This document shows, piece by piece, positions 14,501 through 27,071 of a stretch of 64,000 nucleotides of DNA; within the stretch, counting starts at the first letter, position 1, and each line of letters opens with the position of its first letter. Made by a program: the position numbers and the translations under genes. Below the pieces are notes generated by a model. That model ran no database searches. It had not been told where the DNA came from and worked only from the letters and a program-made list of their open reading frames with translations. Source of the stretch: Vermamoeba vermiformis (lineage: Eukaryota); assembly GCA_045837725.1 (NCBI GenBank), contig JBEWZL010000123.1, positions 186,001 through 250,000 of the forward strand, in the 5' to 3' direction.

Positions 14501-15430
14501 CGCCATCACTGGCGAGCAACACCAAGGTCTACGATCCGGTGCAGTACTTCACTGAAGAAGACATTGCAAGTCAAATTACTTACGTGGACTACGAGGTCTA
14601 TAACGCAGTGCAGCCGTGGGAGATTATTCGCCAGATTTGGCGCTCACCAATGACCACGCGCTCACCCATCAAAGAAATGATTCAGCGCTTCAATTCCATC
14701 ACAAACTGGACTCTCGTCACCATTTTATCGCAGAACACACCCAAAGCACGAGCACAGCTCTACTCCAAGTTCGTTAAGATTGCCAAGGTGCGTACTTTTG
14801 ACCGTTGTTGCACCGTTAACGTGTGTTTAACATGTTTTTTTCATTCAGCAACTGCGGGAGATGAACAATTTCAACGGAGTTATGGCCATTATTGGAGCAC
14901 TGAACAACAAGGCCATTACTCGACTGACGCAGACGAGGAGTTTGTTGAGCAAGAGAACTCAAAAGGCACTCGAGAAACTCGATCAGTTGTTGAACATGCG
15001 CGGTAACTTCCGTTCTTATCGTGATCTGCTGTCAGATCTAGATCCACCTGCCATTCCATTCATGGGTCTTATCTTATCGGACTATACCTTCATTGTCGAG
15101 GGCAACGCCAGCACAGTCGACGGCATGATCAATTTCGCCCAGCGCAAGTTGATGTGGACCAACTGTCTCGAGCTACTGATGAAGTTCCAAAATGCAAGCG
15201 AGACTGACGCGCCTCAACACTGGGCCGCTGAACGATTGATTGCCAAGACACCGCAGTGGACCGATGAATTGGCATTTGAACGCTCGTGTGCAATTGAACC
15301 TGATGGCGAATCAGTGCGTCGCGATGACGTGAGCAGCATATCAATCCTGGCTGCGAAGACCACCGAACGGTCAACGAGCACTGAGAACAACGAACGCAGT
15401 GAGGACTTGGCGTTGAGTAGCTCAAAGTAA
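11560..15430 (+). CDS. Ras guanine-nucleotide exchange factor (REM + CDC25) with long charged low-complexity N-terminus
   Basis: ATLNKLVERLT/FLATFESFTTP (REM); NNFNGVMAII, PPAIPFMG, INFAQR (CDC25); 5' exon structure approximate. Confidence 0.85.
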
Positions 15431-15719
15431 GCTCACCTTATTGTAGTTTAGTGTTATTTATTTGTATATCCGCGCGTCATTGTGTAAATGTGTAAATAAA
15501 CAAAATAGAAGATGCGATCAATACTTAGTGTGCTGATCATCACTGAAAAAATACCAATCAAAGTTCGCTTTCTTGTTGTCAAAAAAAAAATACTCATTTA
15601 CCAGATCTGACAAAACTGGTGAGTCTCTCAACGTCGTGAATGGGTAATTCTTTTGCTTATACACCTTTTCACGAGTCCATTCGGCTAAGTGATGGACGCA
15701 CCTTCATCTAGATCAGCGC

Positions 15720-16121
15720 TCAGATCATGTTATTTGCACGGACAGAATGCAATTTTTCTATGCGAAGCGGAAGGGGGGGAAAATTTCTACCTGACAAAAT
15801 TATATATGAATTCAAAAGCGCTGCTACGCCAAATAGTTTAAGTGAAGTAATATTGCCCAATAACAGTTGCTATTAGTTTATTTGTCAGTATAATGGTACA
15901 GTTGGAATTGGATTTAATCCGAACTTGAGGGATTAAACTGCGACCGCTCTAATAGTCCTCTGGGAACTCACCCTCAATAGGGAGTCTGGGGAATTTAGGC
16001 AAGGGAAGAAGGTCGATGGGATGTCGAGGAAAGTCGGGGCCAGGTACAGGGAAGAAGGACCAGGCATGGGATCAGCGGGAGGCCAAGTAGATTCAACGGG
16101 GACAAAATATGAGCCGTCCAT
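15720..16121 (-). CDS. Small orphan proline-rich protein, 3' exon uncertain
   Basis: ATG at 16121, 50 codons with coding-like composition (MDGSYFVPVESTWPPADPMPGP...) ending at a GTGAGT donor (15971). Confidence 0.35.
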
Positions 16122-16540
16122 AATTAATTTTATGATGTGTGCTGTTAGTAATACACGAAAAAATTTGAATGAAACGAAAAAACCTTTGGTACAAAACCTC
16201 TGTCTTTCTATTTTTGGATCCCTAAAACGAACGTGATTCCGAATAATGCAAATTTTACAATGCCGTTCAGTATAATCTTGAAACATAATAATTTTAGATG
16301 TACATAGTTAACTAGCTCATAAACTCATCGCATCACTGTCAGGAAAACCAGGGCCACCGAAGTTTCTTGAGTCTGCCGTTCGCAAAAAATGTCAATGGGA
16401 GTCAATAAATATTGCGAACAACATTTTACTATTTACAAACCAAGTATTTACACGCACGAGTTCAATATCAGTATATGTACAAGATAACAACAAAATCCAA
16501 CGCTTCATCGTTGACGTATTCTACAACAGTTCAATTCAAT

Positions 16541-19006
16541 TCAATCCAAGTGCACACGTTGCAGCTCGTGACTTTTGAACTGCGCTGAACACGTAGGACA
16601 CGCGAATAAATTGCTGCCTGGCACTTGCGAGACACATCCGCGACACGTCACTAACAAACATCGGTTAGATACTATATAAGGTAATAATGGAAGGTTATTA
16701 TTATAAACTTACAGTGGCTGCAAGGATAAGCTACGCCCCAAGTAATGTCTCGACTGCATCTGCCACACAATCGCGCGGGTTTCACTCGTTTGGCCCGTTC
16801 TTCGTCCTCATACACGTCTTCCATATCTGGCGCAATCTCGTCAAATCTCCGCTTCACTCCGCGACCCTTGCCGTTCACTGAACTGTTATTACAAGCCACG
16901 TGATCATTCGGCAATGCTGATGTTTGATTTGTCAGCCATGTCGTAGTATTGTGCATAGGTGTCGTATTCATGTTGGAGTAGTTGGTTGGTTCGAGTTGTA
17001 GGTTCGGCAAGGATACGGATCCAAGCACATGACTTTTCGCAGAATTAGTTTCGGATTGTTGAAACAGCGTGTTTGGCAGCAGTCGTGTGGCATAAATCGA
17101 ATTAGATGATAGGCTAAGTTGTTGTAGCAGCCGTTGAGAATTATAGCGATCTAAATCCGCTTTCAGGGCTAAATCTGGCAAAACTTGAGCAGCAGTCATT
17201 GGCAGACCAGTAAATGGATCTGTTCCGTGATTGATCAGGTGTCGTGTGACTTGATAAGGTTAAGGAAAAGAAAAATAATTGAAAAATTTTTTGACATAAT
17301 TTCAATCCTTGACCAAACGTTGACTAAGGAATTGACGTTCAATTTCAAAAGAATATCTGTGACTAATTATGACTCATATTTGAATAAGGATACTAGTTGA
17401 CCTATCCACGACGTGTTTGGATGGTAAAATGACCGGATCTGACATGAGATGAAAAGTGATCGGATCGAGGAACTTGTCAGGCACACCATAGGCTTGTTCA
17501 GTGTTCGTGGGCAGACCAAATGGTGATGGTTGCTGGTCTGACGAGTTCCCAGCATGATCTATAGCCATAGACGAGCTACGCAGGTCAACATGGAAACTTC
17601 CAACGGTGTTACTGGCCGTTGACAACTGCATGGCCCTGGTTGAAGAATCCGATTCCTCCGCTCTGCCCGCATCAATCGTAGGCGAAGAATTGTTTTCTGG
17701 ACTATAACTCGACTGCAGCATGTTGTTGAGATTGGTGCGGGTGGATCCGTTATTCGTGTTGCCGCTGAGCAAATGATTCAACGAGGAGCTGAAGACAGGT
17801 GCACCCTGATTGAACGCTTGTCGTCTAGCACGATGTTGTTGCAGTGCTTGTTCGAATGCAGCATTCAGTGAGGGTGGATTGTGTCGCGAATACGTCGCCC
17901 AGATCCGTACTTGTTTTAACGCCAAACTGCCCGCATTAAGTGCTACACAAATACTATTAGCCAACGTGTCCCATATCATGATTAGCATCATTTTTTGTTT
18001 GAGTGCCTAATAGGTAATTTTGTTCGAGGAAATTCTGGCTTACATTTTTGTAATCGAATTTTGATGGCTCTGACTTTGTGCATGAGTGAAGTGTTGCGCT
18101 CAAATGGCACGATATTAGCCACTCGATCGCGCGGCAGTTGAGCGATGAGTGCCTGTGCCTCGTCAGTACCAGCACTTGAGTACTGAGTTGAATCCATTCA
18201 TCTGCGCATAATTCCCTCCACTAGTGTTATTATCGACGGTGCGTGATCGACTCAATCGCACGATATTATCGCCCTAATTAGGCAACAAACGTAATGTCAG
18301 TAAAAAACATAATTATTATATTTGTATTGCTAGTGTAGATTATTCGTTGCAGTAATTCTGTGTAATACGTACGATATTATTAAGGCTATTTAAAGTGATG
18401 CAAGGCTTGAAATAATGTTGCAATTGAGCTGCTTTTGATGGATCCCACTCGTGTTCTGACACATAGACCGAGGCCACTTGGGCTAACAAAGATATAAATA
18501 ACGTACCGATATGTTATAATAAGGTACTATATGCTTACTACATTGAGCAGAGACTTTTGGAGAAAGATCCAGCGCATAAAGTTCGATCCAGTACCTGCAA
18601 ATAGATTAGCAATTGGCGCCATAAAATTCTGAATAAATAACTTACGGAAATGAGAGTATTATATCTATTGGGGGCTTAATAAAACCTGGTGTCATAAAAC
18701 CTGAAGAAGTGATAAATTATTGAGATCTGCGTCTCTTGATCAATTTAATTATGATCTTACCTCTATCGCCCTCGATTATATTATTTGTTTCGTATCCGTC
18801 TACAGAAACAGCAGCATCACAATGAATGCTGCAACCTAAGAAAATTATTAAAATCAATTATATTTATATTTGAAGTTCAAAAAAGATTTGCTCGATTTAA
18901 TACGTGACAAATTTTGTATTTAAATAGCTATATTGTATAATTATTTCAAGGCAAAATTAGCGGGTTAATTACCTAGATCTGAATAAGCGAAATTTATCAA
19001 TGACAT
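16541..19006 (-). CDS. UBOX5: U-box and RING E3 ligase UBOX5/RNF37-like
   Basis: N-terminus MSLINF...IHCDAAVSVDGYETNNII; U-box [35 protein letters not shown]...DPFTG; C-terminal RING CGRC..CSH..CRGC..CPTC. Confidence 0.8.
17250..17393 (-). other. U12-type (minor spliceosome) GT-AG intron in the U-box
   Basis: 5' GTATCCTT; TTTTCCTTAAC branch site 9 nt from the 3' end; splicing restores DRST-I-TRHL. Confidence 0.92.
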
Positions 19007-19347
19007 GACTGCCTATTAAGGCTATTTGTGGCAACTGTATTGTTAAAAATGGGTATAACTACCCATCAGAGTTGATAGTTAATCTACGTCCAAACAGCAA
19101 ATCCAACGTGATCGGCTACTTCTAGAACAAGGAATAATTTCAACGACTAACAGCTTCTCATTCCAGTAGTTTCCAATATGCTAAGTTGGTGCCGATGATG
19201 TCTTCTGGAATATTGAACTAAGTTCGAAAAATTAGTCATTTTTCCGGTTTTCCAGAAACCACGTGGTTCTGGATCTGGATTCGGCAATCTTTTTTTATTT
19301 AAACATTTGAATAAGCGCTTTTATCAAAAATTGTTATTTTTTTCTTA

Positions 19348-21359
19348 TTATTCTTCGCTTTGTTCTTGTTCTTCGACAGGGAACGACGGTGTCAGACCAG
19401 CCGTCAGATTCTCCAACAAATTTTGTGCAGCCTCAGTAATTTGGAAACTGCCGCCCTCGGCTCTGTATTTTTCTACGGCTTGTTTAATTAACTCTGCTCG
19501 GGCCTCGTCTTTGAAGGCAGTGGCGAGATGCGTTACGCGCACTTTGGAGTTGTATTTCAGAGCGTTTACTGCATTATCCACGTCACCCAATTGAATATAG
19601 GCTCCAAATATAATGGGACTATAATAGTTTAAGTGTTAGATAGCAATTTAAAACCATTGACTGAATTCCAATACTCGGATCGGATGCGCACTTACCCGAA
19701 TGGTTTGAGCGATTTAAATTGTGAAGTGAAGCTGGAGCTCTTAATATGATCGATGACCTCTTGGGCCTTGCCGAGTTTCAACATACAAAATAGCTTGGCT
19801 GTAACATACAATAGCGTTAGCTCAATGACAAAACAACCTCGAACATCGGTCCAAACATTGCCTGGTGTTCAACAATAAATTCTATTAATAGAGTGCGTAC
19901 CTTCTTCAAAGTCAACAGCGTTAGGTTTCTTAGGAGGATAAGTCTTGAGCACTGCTTCAGCTGCGTCCCACTCTCCGCGATGAGCGTGGTATTGAACCAT
20001 CGCTGCGATGATTTTATCTGAGGGGTTTAATCTGCACAATATGTCATATTAGCACGATGCACGCGCTTAATGTAAATGACGCTACTGTTACTCACTTGAA
20101 GTGTTTAGTCAATACGCGCACTGACTCGTTGAATGCCTCTTCGAATTCTTTCGTGTCACCAGTCACTGGCTTGGGTTTGGGAATCTCTTCAGTCGCGCCT
20201 TCTTCGTCTTCTTCTTCTTCTTCTAATGTTCGACAACGATCGTCGTTAGTAAAGAACTCATTCGAAACACGACGCAAGGCCATACCTTTAGCTTCTTCAG
20301 CGGGCTTTTCTTCAACAGGGCGAGGACCAACAGGTGAATTGTAGGCCACTCGTCGTGACTCTAAAGCGTAGTATTCAAAGAGTGCGTGCATTGAGTTTGA
20401 AGTAGGCCAGAAGCGGCACCAAGTAGTACCGAGCACTTGATTGAGCAATTGTGGAACTCCAAGTCTAATAGACACGATGTCGTTAATATATATTGTCGGC
20501 AAAGGCTAGTACTATGCATACCTGGCTCCAGTTCGGCATAAAAGTCCAATAATAACAGGGCCCATATCCATTGATCGGTGTTCTTGCAACCAGAAAATAC
20601 CCTAGTAATATTGATGCTTAATTATTTCTGCCGCATTGCTTATGATAGATCTAATTACTTGTAAAGCGATGAGGAAGTGGTCAATATTTTCAGCTTTCTC
20701 TAATAATATTTGAACAGGGCCGTATCGAATGGGATCTTTCGTTTCGTTAATGTGATAGGCAAGTTTCTCGGCAATCTTTATTGTAGGCACATTAAGCCAC
20801 CATGAAAAATCTTCAGGTCGGTGCTGTCAATAAAACATTAATTAGACGATCCACAGAGAACGGTATTTTCAACGCGATCCAAACTTGGTTATCGCGGCTG
20901 TCGTGTCAATCATTACGTACAGTTTCCTTTTTTTCTGTTTTTAAATCTGAGCGTAGAGTGGTCCTCCAAGATAACAATTTGGAGGATGATTGGTAGCTTC
21001 GTGTGTTAGATGCTAAAATAATTATTAGATTCGACTCTAATATGACATAAATATTGTTATTAAATATTAGATAAAATAAATAAATATTTGCATATTTAAT
21101 TTTCAATATCTTCGTACGACAAACAAATACATCTGGATTCGGATTTAATTATTGAATAATAAAAATGCTGCGTGTTATTATTATAAAATATTCGTTTGTT
21201 ACTAACAATGCACTATATCAATAAAATATTTTAATAATATTGAATCGTTATAGGCTGTTTACCTTGACGTAATTTGGCACTAAAAATTGATGCACCTCGT
21301 GAGGAGGTAGAAACTGTCCTCTTCGGCAAAATCCTTACTACCTTAGTCAGAGCAAACAT
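19348..21359 (-). CDS. Hypothetical helical-repeat (TPR/PPR-like) protein with probable mitochondrial presequence
   Basis: Basic Ser/Arg-rich N-terminus MFALTKVVRILPKRTVSTSSR; several canonical introns; helical C-terminal exons. Confidence 0.5.
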
Positions 21360-21882
21360 TGTGTACGTTAACTCTGTCTCTACGCGCTGTAACAAGCCAA
21401 GTCACTATTGTGCCAGGCAAACGGTTTTGGTCGACCCGAAAATTTGACCGTCAAAAATCGGGCACCAAAACTTCACGAACCCAACTTGATTTTTTCAATT
21501 TCTACTTTTCAAGCAAACAACAAGGTAGGTCTATCTTTCGATTTTACTTCTTATTGGACAAAATTTCGCAGCTCTAATGTTTGTACTTCGTTTTCGCATT
21601 TGCTTACTTTAGTAAAATAGAATTCCAGGCCCACTTGATCATACAATAATGATCTTGTTATTGTATTATCTAATTACATTATTTACAATCGTTTAGAATT
21701 ACCCGTAGTATGAAAACTTTTCACATCGAAGGAAATTTGAACTCGATAGTACAGAGCTGCAAATCAAAACCAAATTATAATCTATCATTACCATATTATG
21801 TAGCTAACATTCATTTACAAATCGTTGTATTGCAAGTTGTTTTATTTGGTGGCGCCTTAGCTAATTTGTTTCTTTCGACAGA

Positions 21883-22385
21883 ATGAACCCATACGGTTAT
21901 CCTGGTGCTTATCCTCCTCCTGGTAAGCCTCATAATTATTCTGGCATATTTTGCAAAAGGAATTCTGCTTTTGATCGGATTTGAGACTAACAATACTTTC
22001 TTGCAGGAGGTTATTACGGTGCTCCCCCCGGCGCTTACCCCGCCCCTGGTGTTTATCCTGGTAAGCGATCATTGCTTGCGACAGCACAACCTCGAAAATC
22101 TTCGTGATTATCGGCTGGAATTTCCATAATTATACGTTTTCTTTGTGACACCGTTTCTTTGATTTGGCTTTCGTGTAATGATCGTAAATTTCCTAAACTA
22201 ATGTCCTTTGTTCCTCAGCTCCTGGTTATGGCGCTCCTGGCGTCTACTACGGACGAAAGTTCAAGCACGGTCACTACCACGGTGGCTATGCTGCTCCCAT
22301 GTACGGTGGCTACGGTGGCTTCGGTCGCAAGTTCAAGCACGGCGGCTTCTACGGTGGTCGCAAGTTCAAGAAGTGGAAGTGGTAA
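21883..22385 (+). CDS. Glycine/proline/tyrosine-rich protein, GPRP-like (XYPP repeats, KFKKWK end)
   Basis: Three exons splice to MNPYGYPGAYPPPGGYYGAPPGAYPAPGVYPAPGYGAPGVYYGRKFKHGHYHGG...GRKFKKWKW*; 5'UTR intron from about 21525. Confidence 0.8.
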
Positions 22386-22897
22386 AACACTTGCGCGTAT
22401 GCTGGTCGGAGATCAGACCAGTAACGGAAATGATGAACCACTTGAAAGAGTTCAGTCAGCCGTGAATAGATTATCTAATTGTTTATAAACCCATTAATAA
22501 ATAATTTTTTAATGTAGCTGGTGGCTGGTAGTTAGGTTAGCAGGCTGGGCACGTGGGATCCGATCCAAGCACCAACTTGTGTCGCTTTCACCTTCAACTG
22601 GTTATGACGATCGCACATGAGAACAACTAGAATAACAAAGATAAGTTCAAAGGCAAAACTTCCAACACGTCTCCCGTTCGTCCAATTTCGTAGAAATTCG
22701 AGCTCGTGTCTCTTTTTTCGATAAAGTTGGACAAACGTACGCAGTATTTTGTGAATTAATTGACCCGAACCAATAGGAGCGCATTCTTTGAGCAAGCCAT
22801 CATTCTTTGAAAGTGAACATTGTGCGATAAATAGGAATCGAACCAGATCAGTCCAAACAACCAACCGAACAACACAACTACACTTCTTTCTTATACA

Positions 22898-23518
22898 ATG
22901 GTACGTCATTAATACATTCCTTACGCGATCTCATCTACTGTGTAGTCCCTCGTTAATATACCAGACGCTGTCATCCTCGCGTGGGACGAGATGAAGTTGC
23001 GCAACAAGTACGGCTATTTGATGTTCAAGCTCGAAGGCACTAACACCGTCGTCTTGGATAAATCGGCACCTCCCGGCACCTCCTATGACCAAGTACGTAA
23101 TAACGAGGTGATCATTAATTTCTCCGTTCATTAAATTGCTCCAGTTTTTGGCGGATCTGCCCACCAACGAAGCTCGTTACGCGATCACCCACGTCCACTA
23201 CACGCTTGAAGACGGCTCTCAACGCTCTAAAATGATCTTCTTCCTGTGGTATGTATTCGACATAAGATATTCTACTCAGAACCAACGCTTACACTGTGTT
23301 GCTAGGGTGCCTGAATATAGCAACGTCAAAACCAAGATGCTCTACGCCTCCGCGAAGAACTTGCTCAAGCAATCGTTAAATGGAATCACGTTTGTCGTGG
23401 AAGGACAACAGCTCAGTGACCTGCAGTACGAGGACGTAAGTTAAAAAGTAATCGTCATCGGATGTAGCGACTGACTCTTTGCCAGATCGTTGCAAGATGC
23501 CTCGAGAAGTTCCGCTAA
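22898..23518 (+). CDS. ADF/cofilin-family actin-binding protein
   Basis: Intron immediately after the ATG; YDQFLADLPTNEARYAI, RSKMIFFLW, VKTKMLYASAK motifs. Confidence 0.9.
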
Positions 23519-23600
23519 ATCGTCTAAAGCCTTGTGAATAGTATCGGATTCTTATATACCATATTCTACCAATAAACTCTTAGTTAAGTAGTTGTTTATT

Positions 23601-24987
23601 TTAAAATAGAATGATTTTCGTTTGACCACTTTTAACGAGCTTATGGAAATGTTTGTTATACATATTAAAGAAATCTACTTTTGTTTCTTTCATATCCAAT
23701 ATCGTAAAGCTCTTAACAGTAGCAAACATATCAATAATTAAGTACTTGCAGCGCGACAGATTGAGACCGTCCTCCATATCCGCCAACTTATCGACGCGAT
23801 TAGGTGTACCAACGGCAATATCGACGGCGTGGTCTTTCAAGAATTTTTGTTGCTCTGGCGGCTTTTTGAACTTGGAGTACAAACGCGCGATCGGATGTTC
23901 TTTTGAGTCGAGCGAGTTCAAACAACTAAAGGAATATCGTTAGATCTACGCATGAATATATAATAGAAGTGGCACCTACTTGATAATTTCGATGGCTCGG
24001 TTAGTAGCTGGAGTTAAAATCATAATAACTGGACCTTCGCTCTTGGTCTCTTTCTTCTCTTTAGTCTCTTCTTTCTTATTCTTCTTATTCTTGGCATCCT
24101 TGTCATTCTTCTCGGTGTTACTGCTCTTAGCGCCCTTATCTTTAACAACGTTCTGTTTCACCTCGGGGGCAATGCGCTCAATAAGCTTGAGCAGGTACTT
24201 CAATTCCCATTCACTCTCGTCTTTAGGCTTCATAAAGTTGGACTCTAACATGTGCATAATATAAATATTGGCACTCAGGCGTTAGTATGCATTGGGCTCT
24301 TACCTTCTAACTTGTCCGACATTTCCAAGGTAGACAATTTGGAACCGATCGCTTCGACCTGTGGGCATCGTTAGTAACGAAGTAATATTTCGTGCATTTA
24401 AATATTAATAAGCTTACATATAAGGCCCAAAAGCTGGTCAACTGTTCTTCGATCGACTGAAATTGCAGTCCTTTCCACGTTCTGGTAGCGTTTGCTGCAG
24501 CTTTAGCTTTCTTCTTCGCCTAACAATCGCAATTAAAATTAAAGTTTCGACGATAAGAATATCTTTGAAGGAACTTACTCTTAGCTCTGCTAATTTTTGT
24601 TTTTTTCTAGCGGATCTGGCTGTTATTTTGGAGTAATAAATTAGATAAATTGCTAATAATACGAAATCATATACAAAAATTAATAAATAAGTCAATGTCC
24701 AAGTAGATGGCGCAGAATTGCAGGTAATTACAGATCGTGCGATGCGATCGAGATCTGGATCGCCTGACACTCTTTGCAATATGGGCATAACTGGTTTAAT
24801 ACTTGCCAATATCCTCTTCGGTAAGCTCTGCATCCTCATTTTCATTGTCCTCCAACTTTCGCTTGACGCCTCGCTTAGTGCCCTCTGATTTGGAGCCCTC
24901 ATCGACTACAGAGTCATCGTTGTCGTGAGAATATGAGTCAGTACCTCCAACAAAGGCTACGTTTCCTTCTAAATCAGCGTCTCCCAT
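23601..24987 (-). CDS. CMSS1: Cms1/CMSS1 ribosome-biogenesis helicase-like protein
   Basis: ILTPATNRAIEI, RLYSKFKKPPEQQKFL, AVGTPNRVDKL, YLIID; small size without a full DEAD motif. Confidence 0.8.
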
Positions 24988-25840
24988 AAAGATCTCAGTC
25001 GTGTTCCTCAACCGGCAAATGAAACTGGATTAAAATTTTCGACGATCACTAAAAAATGCTCCGCCAACGTCGTTGATCATGTTTAATAATGACAACTTAT
25101 TAAAGCATTCTGCGGTCGGATTTGTTGCTGGACGAAGCGAGTGAGGTCGCGCATTCAACGTCTTGGGCTTTTAACCTGTGCACTTGACAACTAAACACAA
25201 ATTTGGGAAAACGTGGATAAAATTAAAAAGATACGTATCCTTATACGAGTTGTATTAGATTTGTGCACTTCGCTGTAAAGCGATTAGGATAATGAAACCC
25301 CAAAAAGTAAAAAGGGCGCGCAAACTGCAGTTACCGTTGCTAAGCAGGGTTTTTGGTTTTCTTGTGGTCTTTTGACAATTCATTGAACATTTCAACACTC
25401 GCCACACGTGGGGCAGCACTGCACGTGGTCCGTCGCAACAAAGATCCCCCTTTTTTCCGGAGCGACGCGATCGCGTTCCCTTTCTCTCGCGCTACTATCG
25501 GCACGGTAGGCAGAAATGATATTCATTTAATTAATACATTTATTTGTATTTACATTCTATTTACAACCGTCGGTTGGTCGTGTTGCATCTCCCTATTGGG
25601 ACGGATGCACCAGCGGAGTCGTATAATAAGCACTTAGACGTTGCTTCAAAGTGCTACATCGTGGAATTCTGCTTCAGAAAAAGTTGCATGGCTTGATCGT
25701 CGAAAGACCAGATACTGAAATTACTGAAACAGCGATGTTTAGAGCTCTCTTTGGCTAAGACACGCTAAACCAACAGGCGCGAGTCGTGAAGTGACATCGC
25801 GCGAGCAAGGAGTGACAGCGATAGGGGTCGGGGGAAGCAT

Positions 25841-26050
25841 CTAGATGGTTCGAGAGTTTCCAGCCAAAGTGGCAATGGCAGGCGCAGTTTCCAAATCAGC
25901 GATGAGACGGTCTTGGTCCACAGGTCCGAAGAGGTTGCGACGAACGGGGCGACCGAATATATTGCGCTCGATCTTCTCTGGCTTGCGGATGGGCTGCGAT
26001 CGGGTTGCAGAACCGACGGAACTTCTACGAACTTGGTTGCATCGGGCCAT
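25841..26050 (-). CDS. 69-aa protein with a Cip/Kip-like cyclin-binding segment
   Basis: VRRNLFGPVDQDRLIADLE resembles p27Kip1 CRNLFGPVDHEELTRDLE; CA-rich leader like other genes here; AATAAA on the minus strand near 25540. Confidence 0.65.
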   Translation of the reverse strand: MARCNQVRRSSVGSATRSQPIRKPEKIERNIFGRPVRRNLFGPVDQDRLIADLETAPAIATLAGNSRTI

Positions 26051-27071
26051 GGTTTCTAACGTAAGTTATTGATCGGTTTCGTGATGTGGTGTGTGGTGTT
26101 GCGACTTGCGCGATAAATTAATTACACACAAGCAAAAAAATTTTCTTTTTAACGTTTTTGGAACGGAATCACATCCCGACGCTCCGTACTCCACGGTGGC
26201 TCACAAGGAGGTCTCCGTGAACTTCCATTTCATCTTTAAAGCTATCTAGGCCCTAGATATTAGTCTTTGGCGTATCTTTACGGAATAATAAAGATTCGCC
26301 CTTGTATACCGGTGCCAAATGGCCCTTGTGAGTGGGAAAGGATCCTTTTCGTGCTGTCACGAGCCGTAGTGTTTCGATGACTTTCTTTGACGAGATATAA
26401 TTTCGAGCACTGATATTAATGTTTAATTTTGTGATGCCTTTTAGAGAAGTGATAAATTTTAATGACTGGGTTGTTCCGCTAGCTTATGAAACTGACGTTC
26501 AGCAATAAATATAAGCAGATCAACTACGCGTTAAATTTGGAAAGATTTGTTTCAATTTATCGGCGTATCTTAGATATGGCACAGAAAGAGCAGATGTGAC
26601 ATCGCGTGCTTTTGTGTCCAAAGCTTAGATACACCTAGAAAGCACCGCAAGAATTCGTTGAATAATTGTGTCGGTAGATTCTAGCCGTATCGAATCTTTT
26701 CTTGCCACCCAGGTTTTAAATTGCCATTTTTAAACTTTGGGCGCGCAATTCAAATCTTGCTAAAATTTTGATTAAATTCTCATCTAGATGGCTCCGATTA
26801 AAGTTAACCTTCTTAGGATGTACATAAAATGCTTGGTGCTTAATATCAAGGTTGCACGTCGTTATACTTCCGGATTTCGTGTTTGCCAGGTAATTCGCTC
26901 GAGCGAATTGGGGACACAATTTACTTTATTGGGCCTGCCAATATTTTGCACGAATGGCTCGATAAGATAGCTCTCGAGTTGTTGCATCTCTGGTTGCTGT
27001 TTTGTCAAGATTCAGATTTTTTTTGAACCGCTAAATTTACGTAAAATTCAAATCTGATACCTACAAGAGTC

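Noticed and set aside
16026-16040. GAGGAAAGTCGGGGC resembles the bacterial RNase P RNA CR-I motif
   Set aside because: No complementary P4 partner or CR-V downstream; the opposite strand looks like a coding exon
25235-25243. GTATCCTTA U12-like donor
   Set aside because: Intergenic, with no upstream exon or downstream TCCTTAAC branch site
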